Below, in pieces: positions 37,796 to 47,058 of a stretch of DNA of 64,000 bases. A program made the position numbers and the translations under genes. The stretch is from the IMG/VR virus record IMGVR_UViG_3300028742_000001; one strand, given 5' to 3'. How positions within the stretch are numbered: position 1 is the first letter of the stretch; each line of letters opens with the position of its first letter. The notes under the pieces were generated by a model. That model ran no database searches and was not told where the DNA came from. It saw nothing but the letters and a program-made list of their open reading frames with translations. This stretch comes from a virus.

Positions 37796-40700
37796 TTACT
37801 TCTTTTTCTTTGCAGCTTCTTTCGGATAGGCACCGGCCACACTTGCATCTGGAGGTCCAGGTGGGCGTGTCGCAGTGTTCAACCGTGTAGCATTGGGTGA
37901 CGTAGGCATCGTGCCGGACAGCGCCGTGCGCGTCATGTCGTTGATCCAAGGTTTGAGGTTCGCGTTCTTCTTAGGGTCTTCGATATACTTCTGCACGATT
38001 GTCGCTTGCTTCTCCCGAGGGAGATCAGTCAAAGTCTTGCCTTGAGCACGAAGCTTATCTGCATCGGAGATGTCGAATGCTGCGGTACCACTAGCATCAT
38101 CAGGTATCTTTGCCTGCACCGATGGCGGAAGGTTATTCTGCCATACGTGTGTGAGCTCATGCCCCTGCTGAGGTGCGCCATAGTCCTGCGGCCTGTTCAC
38201 TTCGATGGTGTTGTTCCCTGCGCCCTGATCTACGTTCGCAATCGGTACGCCGCCGCCGCGATTGTTTGGATCGTTAATGGCTGCGCCTTTGACTGTCTGA
38301 ACTGGTAGATCATTAGTAGCTGCTTGGACTTCAGGTGGAAGAACTGGAGCGGTCGAGGTGATGTCACTACCATCACCAGTCAGCGCCGTCAGCTTCTTTG
38401 GCTTTCCGCCGAGAGAGGACATCGTGTTCGAGAGCGTGCTCTTCAAGGTCGCTGCCTTCGCCGCCGCCGCTTGTCCTTTCGGAGAAGCCTTGACTGCATC
38501 CGCTACCTTACCTGCCAACTCTACGCCCTTCCAGGTTGCAGGATGGTTCGCGAGCCATTCGGCTGCTGAGCTTCCTGTCTTGAGAGCCTGAGCTGCATCG
38601 CCCCCACGTAGGAGTCCGCCAATGAGAATACCCCAGGGGCCTGCTACCAATCCGCCAGCCGTACCGAGTGCGAGAGGGATTACTCCATTCTCAACAAGCT
38701 TCTGAACTGACGCTACATTCTGCGTGTCGTGGATGAGCTTGTCGTAACGGGCCGCTGCTTCTGGTGTAGGTTTGAAGAGTGCGTCTGCTGCTTCTGGGTG
38801 GTTTGCGAACTCTTGGTACCAGTTCATGAACTTCTCAGCGTTGAACGCGCCCTTGACGAGCTGGCCTTGCTTGTTGGTCGCATTACTAAACTCAGCGACC
38901 TTCTGCTGGATAGCCATATCCGTAAGCTGCTCCATTCCATTAGGCCCTACTGCTTCCTGTAGTCCTGTGCGTCGCGCCGGGTCTTTTACCAGTTCAGTAA
39001 TATCGCCGTTGCCGATGATATCGCTGATCTGTTTGTTGATATCCGCCGAGCGCCCTGATACAGTCTTTCCTACACCAGCCTTTGCCTGGGCTGCTGCATC
39101 CTGGGCTGCCTGCACTCTACCGCCTGCCTCTTCAGCAAGATCAGCAGATGAGGCTGCACGATTCAAAGCATTCATAATCGAACTACCGCCATCGCCGTAC
39201 ATGTCTGTACGAACGTCGGCCTTCAGTCGCGCCAGCTTACTAACTGCTCCCTTGTAGTTGATCGAACCGTCTGGGTTAACAGAATCCGCGATCAAACGTC
39301 GAAGCGAGGCAGTCTGAAAGTCAGGCCAGTGCGATCCGAGTGTTTCTTTCATCGCGGCGATATTACCTGGAGACGATTGCTTTCCTGTCAGGTAGGCGTC
39401 AACGTCAGAGAGTTTACCTCCGCGTAGAGCCTTGACCGCTGGATTCTCGAACTTACGAATCTCAGTTCTATAATCTGAGTTCATTTGTTCAGCAGTATTG
39501 ATAAGATCAGGATTTCCTGTCTTCTCGGCAATCTGACCTATAGTCTCAATGGCGGCTTTCTTCAAATCACGATAAATACCTTGATCGGCTAGGTCTTCAG
39601 AGGTTACCCAACCCGTCGATCTCTGTCGCTCACCAATTTTCTTATACATCTTCATGACATCAGCCATTGTCACTTGAGTCTTCTGCGCAGGTTGATCCAT
39701 CATGTCGGTGCCTTGGATTTCTGTCTCAGGGTCGGTTTCGATACCGTGAGCGGAAAGTTGTTCCTGGTATTGCTCAGGTGTCAACTCATTGCCTTCTGCG
39801 TCTTTGACTACACCCTCCGCGTCCACCTCTTCAGGTCCAATAATTTTAGAGAGGTTATTGAGAGTTTTGTTAGCTCGTGCGGAGCCGGGTAGGTCGTCTG
39901 ACACGGCTTTGGTCAATGGCCCTTCACCTTTGACCGTGCCCAACTTGTCTTGAACTACCTTGTGAATCGCTCCATTCTCGTAGTCTACACTGGCACCCTT
40001 TGATTCGTTCAACATCTTGTCTGAAGCTGCCTGATACTTGTCATGCGTTGCTTCATTAGAGTCATCGGCTACCTTCTTAGCAGCAGCGGTAATGGATTCA
40101 TCGCCAGGACTGAGAGCAGCCTCCTTATCGACTTCGCGCTCGGCCTCGATTTGATTGAATTCATGCTGGGCCTGTTCTGCCTGGGCCGTGGCAACCTGGG
40201 ACTGCGCGGTAGCGTCGATGTTCCTATTGGCCGTTTCGTTCAGGGCGTTGTTAGCATCTAGCTGAGGCTGGAAAGCCTGTTGAACCTTACCCTGTAGTGC
40301 GTTTTGAGTCTGTTCCGCTGACGGGGCACTCTGACTGACTTGATTCAACTCCTCGCGCGTCTGAGCTGCACGCGTCAAGCTGGACTGATCCGTAGGACCG
40401 CCGCCGCCTGGACCGCTCGGGCCTTCAGGTGCTACTGCTTCGTCTGGGGCAGGAGGAATGCCTTCTCCCGCGCCGCCACCGCCGCCACCTGGAACGTCCG
40501 CCGCTTCTCCTGCCTCCGCTGCCTTCCCACCTTTCAAGAAGGGAAGGATGTTGGCGGCGATGGCTTCTGCGTCTCCGCTCACTGCACCCCAGTCACCCTT
40601 GCGAATGTCTTGGTCGATGGTTGGAGCGATGTTCTGGATGGCTCCGCCGACGAGCGGGATGGCCCCTACCGCGTGCGATCCTAGAACAGGACTGACGACG

Positions 40701-41368
40701 TCAGCCGCCGCACCCTTGTAGTCACCTTTGCCTATATCATTCGAGGCATTATTGAGGACGTCCTTGCCGCCCTGTATGATATTCGGGATGTTTGTCGCAG
40801 AGGCGATTCGACCATTACCGGCTGCTCGGTTCTCTTTGTACTGCGCCTCGATCTGCTTGAGGGGCTGCATGATGATGTTCTCAGCCGCCTTGTAAAGCGG
40901 GTGATCTTTATCTGACATGCCCATGTTGACGAGCTTGGAAGCTTCTTCAGCCGCCGTTGCCCAGTCACCAGTCTGCGCCGCCGCTACCGCTTTGTGGTAG
41001 TAGTCGATGGGACGCGTGACTACCGACCCAAGGGTACTAGCTACGCCTTCTACGGCAGGTTTGATAGCACCTTCATTGAGGCGGTTTAGATTGTGGTTGA
41101 CAAAGGTAGCTGCCGTACCGAGTGCGGAGCTGCCGAGTAAAGTATTATCCGGCTGAGACGTCGCTGGTGTAGAAGTGTCCGCAGCCTGAGTAGCTTGTGG
41201 AGCTGCTACGATGCTGCTACCGTCAGGAGGAGGGGGAATGGAGCCCGGCTGTGTATCGCCGGGCTGGGTGTCTGCGCTCGGAGCGGTGCTAGGATTTGCT
41301 GCGGCCACGATATTGCTGCCATCGGGCGGCGGTGGAATTGCACCGTTCATTGCGTTTGGATCAGCCAT
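37796..41368 (-). CDS. Large virion/ejection-protein candidate (1190 aa) with C-terminal DUF4157-like zincin motif
   Basis: N-terminal duplicated IPPPPDGS(N/S)IVAA. Gly/Pro-rich linker. QQGHELTHVWQNN (HExxH) at 38147-38161. Position and size are analogous to T7 gp16. Confidence 0.8.
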   Translation of the reverse strand: MADPNAMNGAIPPPPDGSNIVAAANPSTAPSADTQPGDTQPGSIPPPPDGSSIVAAPQATQAADTSTPATSQPDNTLLGSSALGTAATFVNHNLNRLNEGAIKPAVEGVASTLGSVVTRPIDYYHKAVAAAQTGDWATAAEEASKLVNMGMSDKDHPLYKAAENIIMQPLKQIEAQYKENRAAGNGRIASATNIPNIIQGGKDVLNNASNDIGKGDYKGAAADVVSPVLGSHAVGAIPLVGGAIQNIAPTIDQDIRKGDWGAVSGDAEAIAANILPFLKGGKAAEAGEAADVPGGGGGGAGEGIPPAPDEAVAPEGPSGPGGGGPTDQSSLTRAAQTREELNQVSQSAPSAEQTQNALQGKVQQAFQPQLDANNALNETANRNIDATAQSQVATAQAEQAQHEFNQIEAEREVDKEAALSPGDESITAAAKKVADDSNEATHDKYQAASDKMLNESKGASVDYENGAIHKVVQDKLGTVKGEGPLTKAVSDDLPGSARANKTLNNLSKIIGPEEVDAEGVVKDAEGNELTPEQYQEQLSAHGIETDPETEIQGTDMMDQPAQKTQVTMADVMKMYKKIGERQRSTGWVTSEDLADQGIYRDLKKAAIETIGQIAEKTGNPDLINTAEQMNSDYRTEIRKFENPAVKALRGGKLSDVDAYLTGKQSSPGNIAAMKETLGSHWPDFQTASLRRLIADSVNPDGSINYKGAVSKLARLKADVRTDMYGDGGSSIMNALNRAASSADLAEEAGGRVQAAQDAAAQAKAGVGKTVSGRSADINKQISDIIGNGDITELVKDPARRTGLQEAVGPNGMEQLTDMAIQQKVAEFSNATNKQGQLVKGAFNAEKFMNWYQEFANHPEAADALFKPTPEAAARYDKLIHDTQNVASVQKLVENGVIPLALGTAGGLVAGPWGILIGGLLRGGDAAQALKTGSSAAEWLANHPATWKGVELAGKVADAVKASPKGQAAAAKAATLKSTLSNTMSSLGGKPKKLTALTGDGSDITSTAPVLPPEVQAATNDLPVQTVKGAAINDPNNRGGGVPIANVDQGAGNNTIEVNRPQDYGAPQQGHELTHVWQNNLPPSVQAKIPDDASGTAAFDISDADKLRAQGKTLTDLPREKQATIVQKYIEDPKKNANLKPWINDMTRTALSGTMPTSPNATRLNTATRPPGPPDASVAGAYPKEAAKKKK

Positions 41369-41383
41369 TATGTTCCCTTTGCT

Positions 41384-44317
41384 TTATTGCTTTGGTGGAG
41401 CGGGTTGTCCGGTCTTCACGTCGACCCACTGCTTGCCGTCCCAACCGAATGCGCCGCTTGAGCTCATTTGTGTAAAGGTTGGAAGCTTAGGTGCCGGAGC
41501 TGATGCTGTCTGACCGTTGGTCTGACCTGACATCTGCTGATTACCAGCCTGTCCGCCGTTAGTCTGTTTGATGTTGTCGAGCTGACCGCGACCGTACCAT
41601 GTACCGTACTTACTGGCATTCTCACGCTGCTGAGCTGCTGCGTCGAAGTCCTGACCATCGTGAGCATCGCGGTATGCCTTGTGGGCTTGCGGTGTCATTA
41701 AGTCTTGGATCGGTGTCTTTGAGGATGGCATCACGTTTGCGAGACGACCGTCGACAGAGCTGTACTTCGCTGTCAGAAGGTCCATAGCCGTCTTTGCCAT
41801 CTCCGCCTGCTTGCTCGGAGTAGCTGCGAACCAGCCACCGTTGCCATGACCGAACATCTCCTTCGCATCTTCCTTGTCCTTGTCGGTCAGGGAAGCTCCA
41901 CCATTCTTGTACGCTGCTTCAACTTCTGATGCAGAGCGCGTGATGGCTTGGTTGTACAGGTTGACGTTCGCTTTGTGCTCTGGTGTTCCATAGTTGCTCT
42001 CGAAAGAGTTCAACAGAGGATTCGTCGCACGGTAGCCTTCCTTCGTCACAGTGTTGTAGAAATCGCCCAAGTGCTGAATAGCGGTATTGGCCGCGTCGAG
42101 TGGTTTGGTCGACTGTAAACTCTTCTGTGTATCGTAGTAATTGTTCGCGGTCGCCTGATCGTAGTGCGGGAAGGCGGCGCGGACTTCTGCTGCTAGGTCG
42201 ATGGTCTGCTGACGTGACAGACCCATTGTCGTGACTTTCTGCGCGCCTTCTGCGATTGCTCGGAGAAGATCGGCGTGAGCTTGACCTTGAGTGTTTACCA
42301 CGGATGCGAGATAGTTCTGACGAATGCCGCTACCATCAGGCTGTTCGTTGGCTGATTCGCCGATAAGCTGCTGCTGGTGCGCAGTATCCGCGTCGGTCTT
42401 CGCTTTGATTCGAGCTGCCTCTTGTTTGTATGCCGTGTCTGACTTGATCTGCTCTTCCTGCTGATCCTGAGTAACCTTTTGTGCAGTCTTTGCCTGGGCC
42501 TGCTCTTGGGTCGTTATCAAATCCATCTTGCGAATCTGATTCGTGCCACCATAGAGAGCGAGAATCTTACCGGCTGATGTTGGGTCTTTGGTACCAAGGG
42601 CACCAACAGCCTTTTCGTAGTTGTCACTCGAAGCATTCAAAAACGGCTGGAACTTTTGCAAAGCATCCAGCAATGTGGGATCGGCCTTTACAGCCGCCTT
42701 CAAGTCCGGTGCCTGTACAGGGTTCTCGGTGGGGATGGGAGCAGTAACTCCAGCAGCCTTACGTGCGTCCGCTGCGTACTGTGTCGCGTCGTTCTTATCG
42801 TACTTCGTGAAGAAGTCTTCAGGCGACATGTTTGGATTGCGCGAATAGTCAAGCTGCAACTGGTTAAGCAGTGCGGCGTGACCCTCATCGGGCGAATCGT
42901 ATACGCGGAACCCAGTCTGTCCGGCAGGAAGGTTTACGTTGTCGATCTTACCTGTCCATGACTTGTCTGCTACGAGGTTGCCTGGGTTATTGTTTCGTGC
43001 GTTGCGATCCGTTGGCTTGCTACCTTCGTGCTGGGCGATGAAGTCGGCCAACTTGTCGAAGTTAGGCTTGCCGTCGCTATCCTGTCCGAAGAGACTGAAC
43101 ACGGACTTAGGGCTAGCAGTTGTGCCGTCACCATTGTCGCCATGCGCGTCGTGAGTGTTCAGCTTATCGTAGAAGTCATTCAGGTTCGACTGGCTGAGCT
43201 GATACGTTGCAAGCTTGGACTTGATACCGAGACCCATCGACATGTTCATCAAAAGGTCTTGAGGAAGCTTTGTCGGTTTGCCGTCGCCATCGGAGAAGCC
43301 TGCCATACCGAGGTCCGCTGCAAGCTTCTTGTCAGCATCGGTCAAGAGGCCGCTGGACTTGAAGTTCGGATCAACAATCGCGTACTGAATGTCCCACTGT
43401 GGCTTGCCGTTTGAATCCACGGTCTGCTCACCGGCATGAGGTGCGCCGGGCGGATTAACTCGTGCGACGACGCGATACGGAATCGCGCTGTCTTGGGTGA
43501 CATGATACTTGGCGAGGTCGCTGCCGTTGACGACACCCTTGATGACCTCTGGGTGGTCCTTCATTAACTGCTCGACTTGTGGGGCAAACTGTCCGACGTA
43601 GTTAGTATTCGTGTTGTAGTCGGCGCGTCCCGCTGCCTGCGCATTATTGTACAGCTTCATGTTGGTTTCGAGAACCTGGGCATGACGCTGGAAATCCTGA
43701 TTGGCCTGCTGATCCTGCTGCTGATTCTTCTGTTGGACTGCCTGGGCCTGCTGCATCCCAAACTGACCGCCAGCCGCAGCCGCGCGCCCAAGGTTACCTG
43801 GGCCGTTCTGTACACCAAAGCCAGCCAATGCTCCGCCAAGTGCTTCGAAGGCAAGCGCAAGACCGAGCTGCTTGGTTGTAACCGGCTGTTTGGTACGAGT
43901 CGCCACGCCAGTATTCGGGTCGATGGTCGTCTTGTACTGAGCTCCACCAGTCAGTGCTTCAGCGAAGGAGCTAAAGCGCGAAGCCTGCTGAATCTTTGGA
44001 TCAACAGGCTGAGACGCTGGGTTACCAGCCGTACCACTTGCATTCTCCACAGACTGCTTGAGGTTGGGTTGACCGGGCTGCTGGCCGTTAGGTTGCTGGG
44101 CCTGATCTTGCTGAGACGGACCTGCTGGCTGCGTCGGACCGTTGCCCTGATCCGGGGTTGTAGCAGAGGCATCGGGCGTGGACGTACCGTTGTCGGTAGA
44201 ATTGCCTGACATCGGAGTGGTACCGGTGCTAGAAGTGTCGGCACCGTTTACCTGTGAGTCTGGTGTAACATCCGATCCGATAGGAGCCGCGCTGCTATTT
44301 GAAGTATCTTCTGCCAT
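41384..44317 (-). CDS. Large virion/ejection-protein candidate (977 aa)
   Basis: Low-complexity Ser/Thr/Gln/Pro N-terminus. Central FIAQHEGSKPTDRNARNNNPGNLVADKSWTG module. Gln-rich C-terminus. Confidence 0.8.
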   Translation of the reverse strand: MAEDTSNSSAAPIGSDVTPDSQVNGADTSSTGTTPMSGNSTDNGTSTPDASATTPDQGNGPTQPAGPSQQDQAQQPNGQQPGQPNLKQSVENASGTAGNPASQPVDPKIQQASRFSSFAEALTGGAQYKTTIDPNTGVATRTKQPVTTKQLGLALAFEALGGALAGFGVQNGPGNLGRAAAAGGQFGMQQAQAVQQKNQQQDQQANQDFQRHAQVLETNMKLYNNAQAAGRADYNTNTNYVGQFAPQVEQLMKDHPEVIKGVVNGSDLAKYHVTQDSAIPYRVVARVNPPGAPHAGEQTVDSNGKPQWDIQYAIVDPNFKSSGLLTDADKKLAADLGMAGFSDGDGKPTKLPQDLLMNMSMGLGIKSKLATYQLSQSNLNDFYDKLNTHDAHGDNGDGTTASPKSVFSLFGQDSDGKPNFDKLADFIAQHEGSKPTDRNARNNNPGNLVADKSWTGKIDNVNLPAGQTGFRVYDSPDEGHAALLNQLQLDYSRNPNMSPEDFFTKYDKNDATQYAADARKAAGVTAPIPTENPVQAPDLKAAVKADPTLLDALQKFQPFLNASSDNYEKAVGALGTKDPTSAGKILALYGGTNQIRKMDLITTQEQAQAKTAQKVTQDQQEEQIKSDTAYKQEAARIKAKTDADTAHQQQLIGESANEQPDGSGIRQNYLASVVNTQGQAHADLLRAIAEGAQKVTTMGLSRQQTIDLAAEVRAAFPHYDQATANNYYDTQKSLQSTKPLDAANTAIQHLGDFYNTVTKEGYRATNPLLNSFESNYGTPEHKANVNLYNQAITRSASEVEAAYKNGGASLTDKDKEDAKEMFGHGNGGWFAATPSKQAEMAKTAMDLLTAKYSSVDGRLANVMPSSKTPIQDLMTPQAHKAYRDAHDGQDFDAAAQQRENASKYGTWYGRGQLDNIKQTNGGQAGNQQMSGQTNGQTASAPAPKLPTFTQMSSSGAFGWDGKQWVDVKTGQPAPPKQ

Positions 44318-44325
44318 GATTTCCT

Positions 44326-45147
44326 TTATCCGATGCCGTTACTAAAGTCCATTGCGGCTGAACTGCTGCCTGTATTCGCACTACTCGCGCCTGCATTAGG
44401 GCTAGAAGCTCCCCCACTACCCGTTAGGGCACTTAGTCCGCCAGATGCAAATGCACCGCCGACCGCGCCTAGCGCACCTGTTACGCCTTGCACCCACGAG
44501 TTGTTCTGGGTTGCGATCTGATTGGCTGTATTTGCCGAAGCAGTACCGGCATTTGTCTCCGCGTTGTTAGCTGAAGTCGAGGAGTTGAAACTATTTGTCG
44601 CGTTTAGAAGGCCACTCGTAGCCGCATTGTAGTTTGCGTTCCCTTGCGCGTAATCGTTCGTGTTGATCGTATTGAGTTGGCTGGCCGTATTCTGAGCCGC
44701 GCTATTCGCCACGCTAAGATCGATGCCAGTATTAGTACCACTCTGAAGTGCCGCATTGTTACCACCGCCTTCGGAGGCTTCTGCTTCACCGGCAGCTTGC
44801 TTGGCGTTACGTGCTGCAATGCCTGAATTGGTAATGGCCGCTGAGTCAAGATTGGACTTCTCTGCCGCGCTGTAGCCTTGCTGGGATGGTCCGGCCTCAA
44901 TTGTTGGGGCGAACGTCGACATCAGGTCATTGAAGACCTGGTTGTCTGCACCGAATACTTGTCCGGCCTGCTGGTTGACCTGTGTGGCGAAACCTGCCTG
45001 CTGCGTCTGTGCAGCATTTTGTGCTGAGGTCGCCCCACACGCAAGATCTAGTGGTCCATAGTAACCATCATAGCACAGGGAGTTGTCTTTGTCAACAACA
45101 AAATTAGGGCCGTCGAGTTTGAAGCTAATTCTTGTCCATATTCTCAT
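44326..45147 (-). CDS. Ala/Asn/Ser/Gly/Thr/Gln-rich virion protein candidate (273 aa)
   Basis: Low-complexity composition. First of three consecutive genes of increasing size. Confidence 0.7.
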   Translation of the reverse strand: MRIWTRISFKLDGPNFVVDKDNSLCYDGYYGPLDLACGATSAQNAAQTQQAGFATQVNQQAGQVFGADNQVFNDLMSTFAPTIEAGPSQQGYSAAEKSNLDSAAITNSGIAARNAKQAAGEAEASEGGGNNAALQSGTNTGIDLSVANSAAQNTASQLNTINTNDYAQGNANYNAATSGLLNATNSFNSSTSANNAETNAGTASANTANQIATQNNSWVQGVTGALGAVGGAFASGGLSALTGSGGASSPNAGASSANTGSSSAAMDFSNGIG

Positions 45148-45148
45148 T

Positions 45149-45538
45149 TTATGCGATCATCCGACGAAGTTCATGCCCTGACACTGCTGTAAATCCTAAA
45201 CGCTTCTCACAAAACTTTTTGAGGAAGTCATTCGACGTGACACACACAATCTCAGTGAAGCCAAATGATCTGGCTTTTTCAACTAGCTCTGGAAATCCTT
45301 GTATCATAGCCGCCATGTTGCGTTTGGCATCATGATTTGAAACATATTGGATATCAAGCCGAAGGGCTTTTGAACCCCTAAGAAAGAAGACCGGGCCACG
45401 CTCGTCCTCGTAGACGTTGCAAACCGATCCGATCTCTGTGAAGAACTCGGGTTCCGTTCCTTGATGGTGCTCATCTGCGGCCAGCGAAAGCGCCAGGGTC
45501 GGCATATCGTCCGGCTCTAAAGGTCGGTAAGTAATCAT
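45149..45538 (-). CDS. Small GNAT-like acetyltransferase-fold protein
   Basis: MITYRPLEPDDMP... and C-terminal NDFLKKFCEKRLGFT (N..a..fY.k.GF-type ending). AAGGAA SD. The canonical Q/RxxGxG/A motif is not clear. Confidence 0.45.
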   Translation of the reverse strand: MITYRPLEPDDMPTLALSLAADEHHQGTEPEFFTEIGSVCNVYEDERGPVFFLRGSKALRLDIQYVSNHDAKRNMAAMIQGFPELVEKARSFGFTEIVCVTSNDFLKKFCEKRLGFTAVSGHELRRMIA

Positions 45539-45545
45539 GTATTCC

Positions 45546-46334
45546 TTATATAAACTTCACAAACGCTTGGAACACCTCAGTGGACATGGTATTTGGCCCA
45601 TTCCATTGGAGTTCTAAAACCAAGGGTGTAGTGGTATCGGAGGTAGTGGATGTATTGACGGCGCTTACAATCTGGCTAACGGCGCTTGCTGTATCTACTT
45701 GCAAAGGTGTAATTACAAAGGTCTGTGAGTTTGTGACGCCAGGTAAATTGACAATCCTAGCGCCACCGAAAGCTTGTTCAGAGGCACCAACGAGTCCGTT
45801 CCACCCTAGCACGTTCCCGTCAAACACAATCTGCCACGAATTTGTAGTAAATGTCCCGCTCAAACCTATAGCACTAAAATCAAATTCAATGCCCTTGCCT
45901 GGTGGTATAGTGTTTGCAGGTATGGTGTAAGTGATCATGGTCTGAAACGTACTGTTACCTGTCACCGCACCCTGCGGACCCCACGACTGTATGATGGTAC
46001 TCGCGCCAGTTGGTGTCGGCGCATTGATAGTGACGGTACCACCTGATTCAGTCAGGGTTATGTTGGTTCCTTCAGCCAAGTTGAGAAGAGTCTGGGAAGA
46101 GTTATCTGTGCCGTTTGTTTGCAATTCAATTGAGCTGATTACTACCGAGCGATTGACCCAGTTGTTAACTGTTTCATCATACACTAAAAAGTCGCCGTCG
46201 TCAAGTCCCGAAAAAGCGAGGGGGATTCCTTCGAGTCCGGTGACTGAAACGGTAGGACTCCCTGCGACAGACTGAATGTCGCCAGTCAAAGGATAAATGC
46301 TTGCTCCACCACCACCTACGATCTCTCGATTCAT
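45546..46334 (-). CDS. Virion structural protein (262 aa, beta-rich)
   Basis: Thr/Ser/Gly/Asn/Val-rich ORF in the tail region. Confidence 0.7.
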   Translation of the reverse strand: MNREIVGGGGASIYPLTGDIQSVAGSPTVSVTGLEGIPLAFSGLDDGDFLVYDETVNNWVNRSVVISSIELQTNGTDNSSQTLLNLAEGTNITLTESGGTVTINAPTPTGASTIIQSWGPQGAVTGNSTFQTMITYTIPANTIPPGKGIEFDFSAIGLSGTFTTNSWQIVFDGNVLGWNGLVGASEQAFGGARIVNLPGVTNSQTFVITPLQVDTASAVSQIVSAVNTSTTSDTTTPLVLELQWNGPNTMSTEVFQAFVKFI

Positions 46335-46338
46335 TATT

Positions 46339-47058
46339 CTAGCTCGTTTCTAAGGGTACATACTGCAACGTCACAGTAATCGCCGCGACCGCACCGGACA
46401 AGTTCGTGACCGTCACGTACGCCATAGGCTTCTGTGGGTTGTCGCCATTCGCACCAATACGGTTCTGAAAGTTCCATGCATAAGGTACGGTATCCATGGC
46501 AACGTCGGTGATAATGTTTTGCGTCGAGCCTGCCGGAGGGGGAACGTCAATCGCACGACTGAGGTCTGCCGTCTGCGAGAACGCTGTCCCGTAAATCTCC
46601 ACGCGCGCTTGTGTGCTTGCCGTCAGACTGAGAAGCTGGAAGCTCTCAGTAGTCACAGCAAACGCACCGGTAAAGGTTGCGCCGGGTCCGAGTGGGGTTG
46701 TGGTGACCGATACCTGCTTAGCGGCGAGTTGCACCGGGGCCGGGTTCGATCCGCTGCTCTGGGTTATTACGCTGGATACGACCGCGTTACCGCCGCCTCC
46801 ACCTCCATTTATACCAGAAGTCACGGCAGAAAGCAAGCGCGTTTGTGGCACAGATGAAGAATAAAATTGACGGAGAGAATCTGGGGTCGCTTGGAAGATT
46901 GGCGGGAGAGGACAGCGAATCGCCGAGTTGTACCCCGGCTGCATGTCGTTGGTCTGAGATGCAGGCGGGGTATAACGTTGCGGTACGGCTGCGGTTCCTG
47001 CTTGTATAGGAGAGTATCCACTGAGATCGACGTTACTGGCTTCTGATAGGGTTGGCAC
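46339..47058 (-). CDS. Virion structural protein (239 aa)
   Basis: GTG47058 with GGAG SD. Overlaps the Endo VII 3' end by 26 nt. Confidence 0.65.
   Translation of the reverse strand: MPTLSEASNVDLSGYSPIQAGTAAVPQRYTPPASQTNDMQPGYNSAIRCPLPPIFQATPDSLRQFYSSSVPQTRLLSAVTSGINGGGGGGNAVVSSVITQSSGSNPAPVQLAAKQVSVTTTPLGPGATFTGAFAVTTESFQLLSLTASTQARVEIYGTAFSQTADLSRAIDVPPPAGSTQNIITDVAMDTVPYAWNFQNRIGANGDNPQKPMAYVTVTNLSGAVAAITVTLQYVPLETS

Noticed and set aside
37796-44317. Dozens of 60-210-aa nested ORFs on both strands inside the 977-aa and 1190-aa genes.
   Set aside because: They are by-products of biased Ala/Gly/Pro/Gln-rich composition, with no start contexts, and the long minus-strand frames explain the region.
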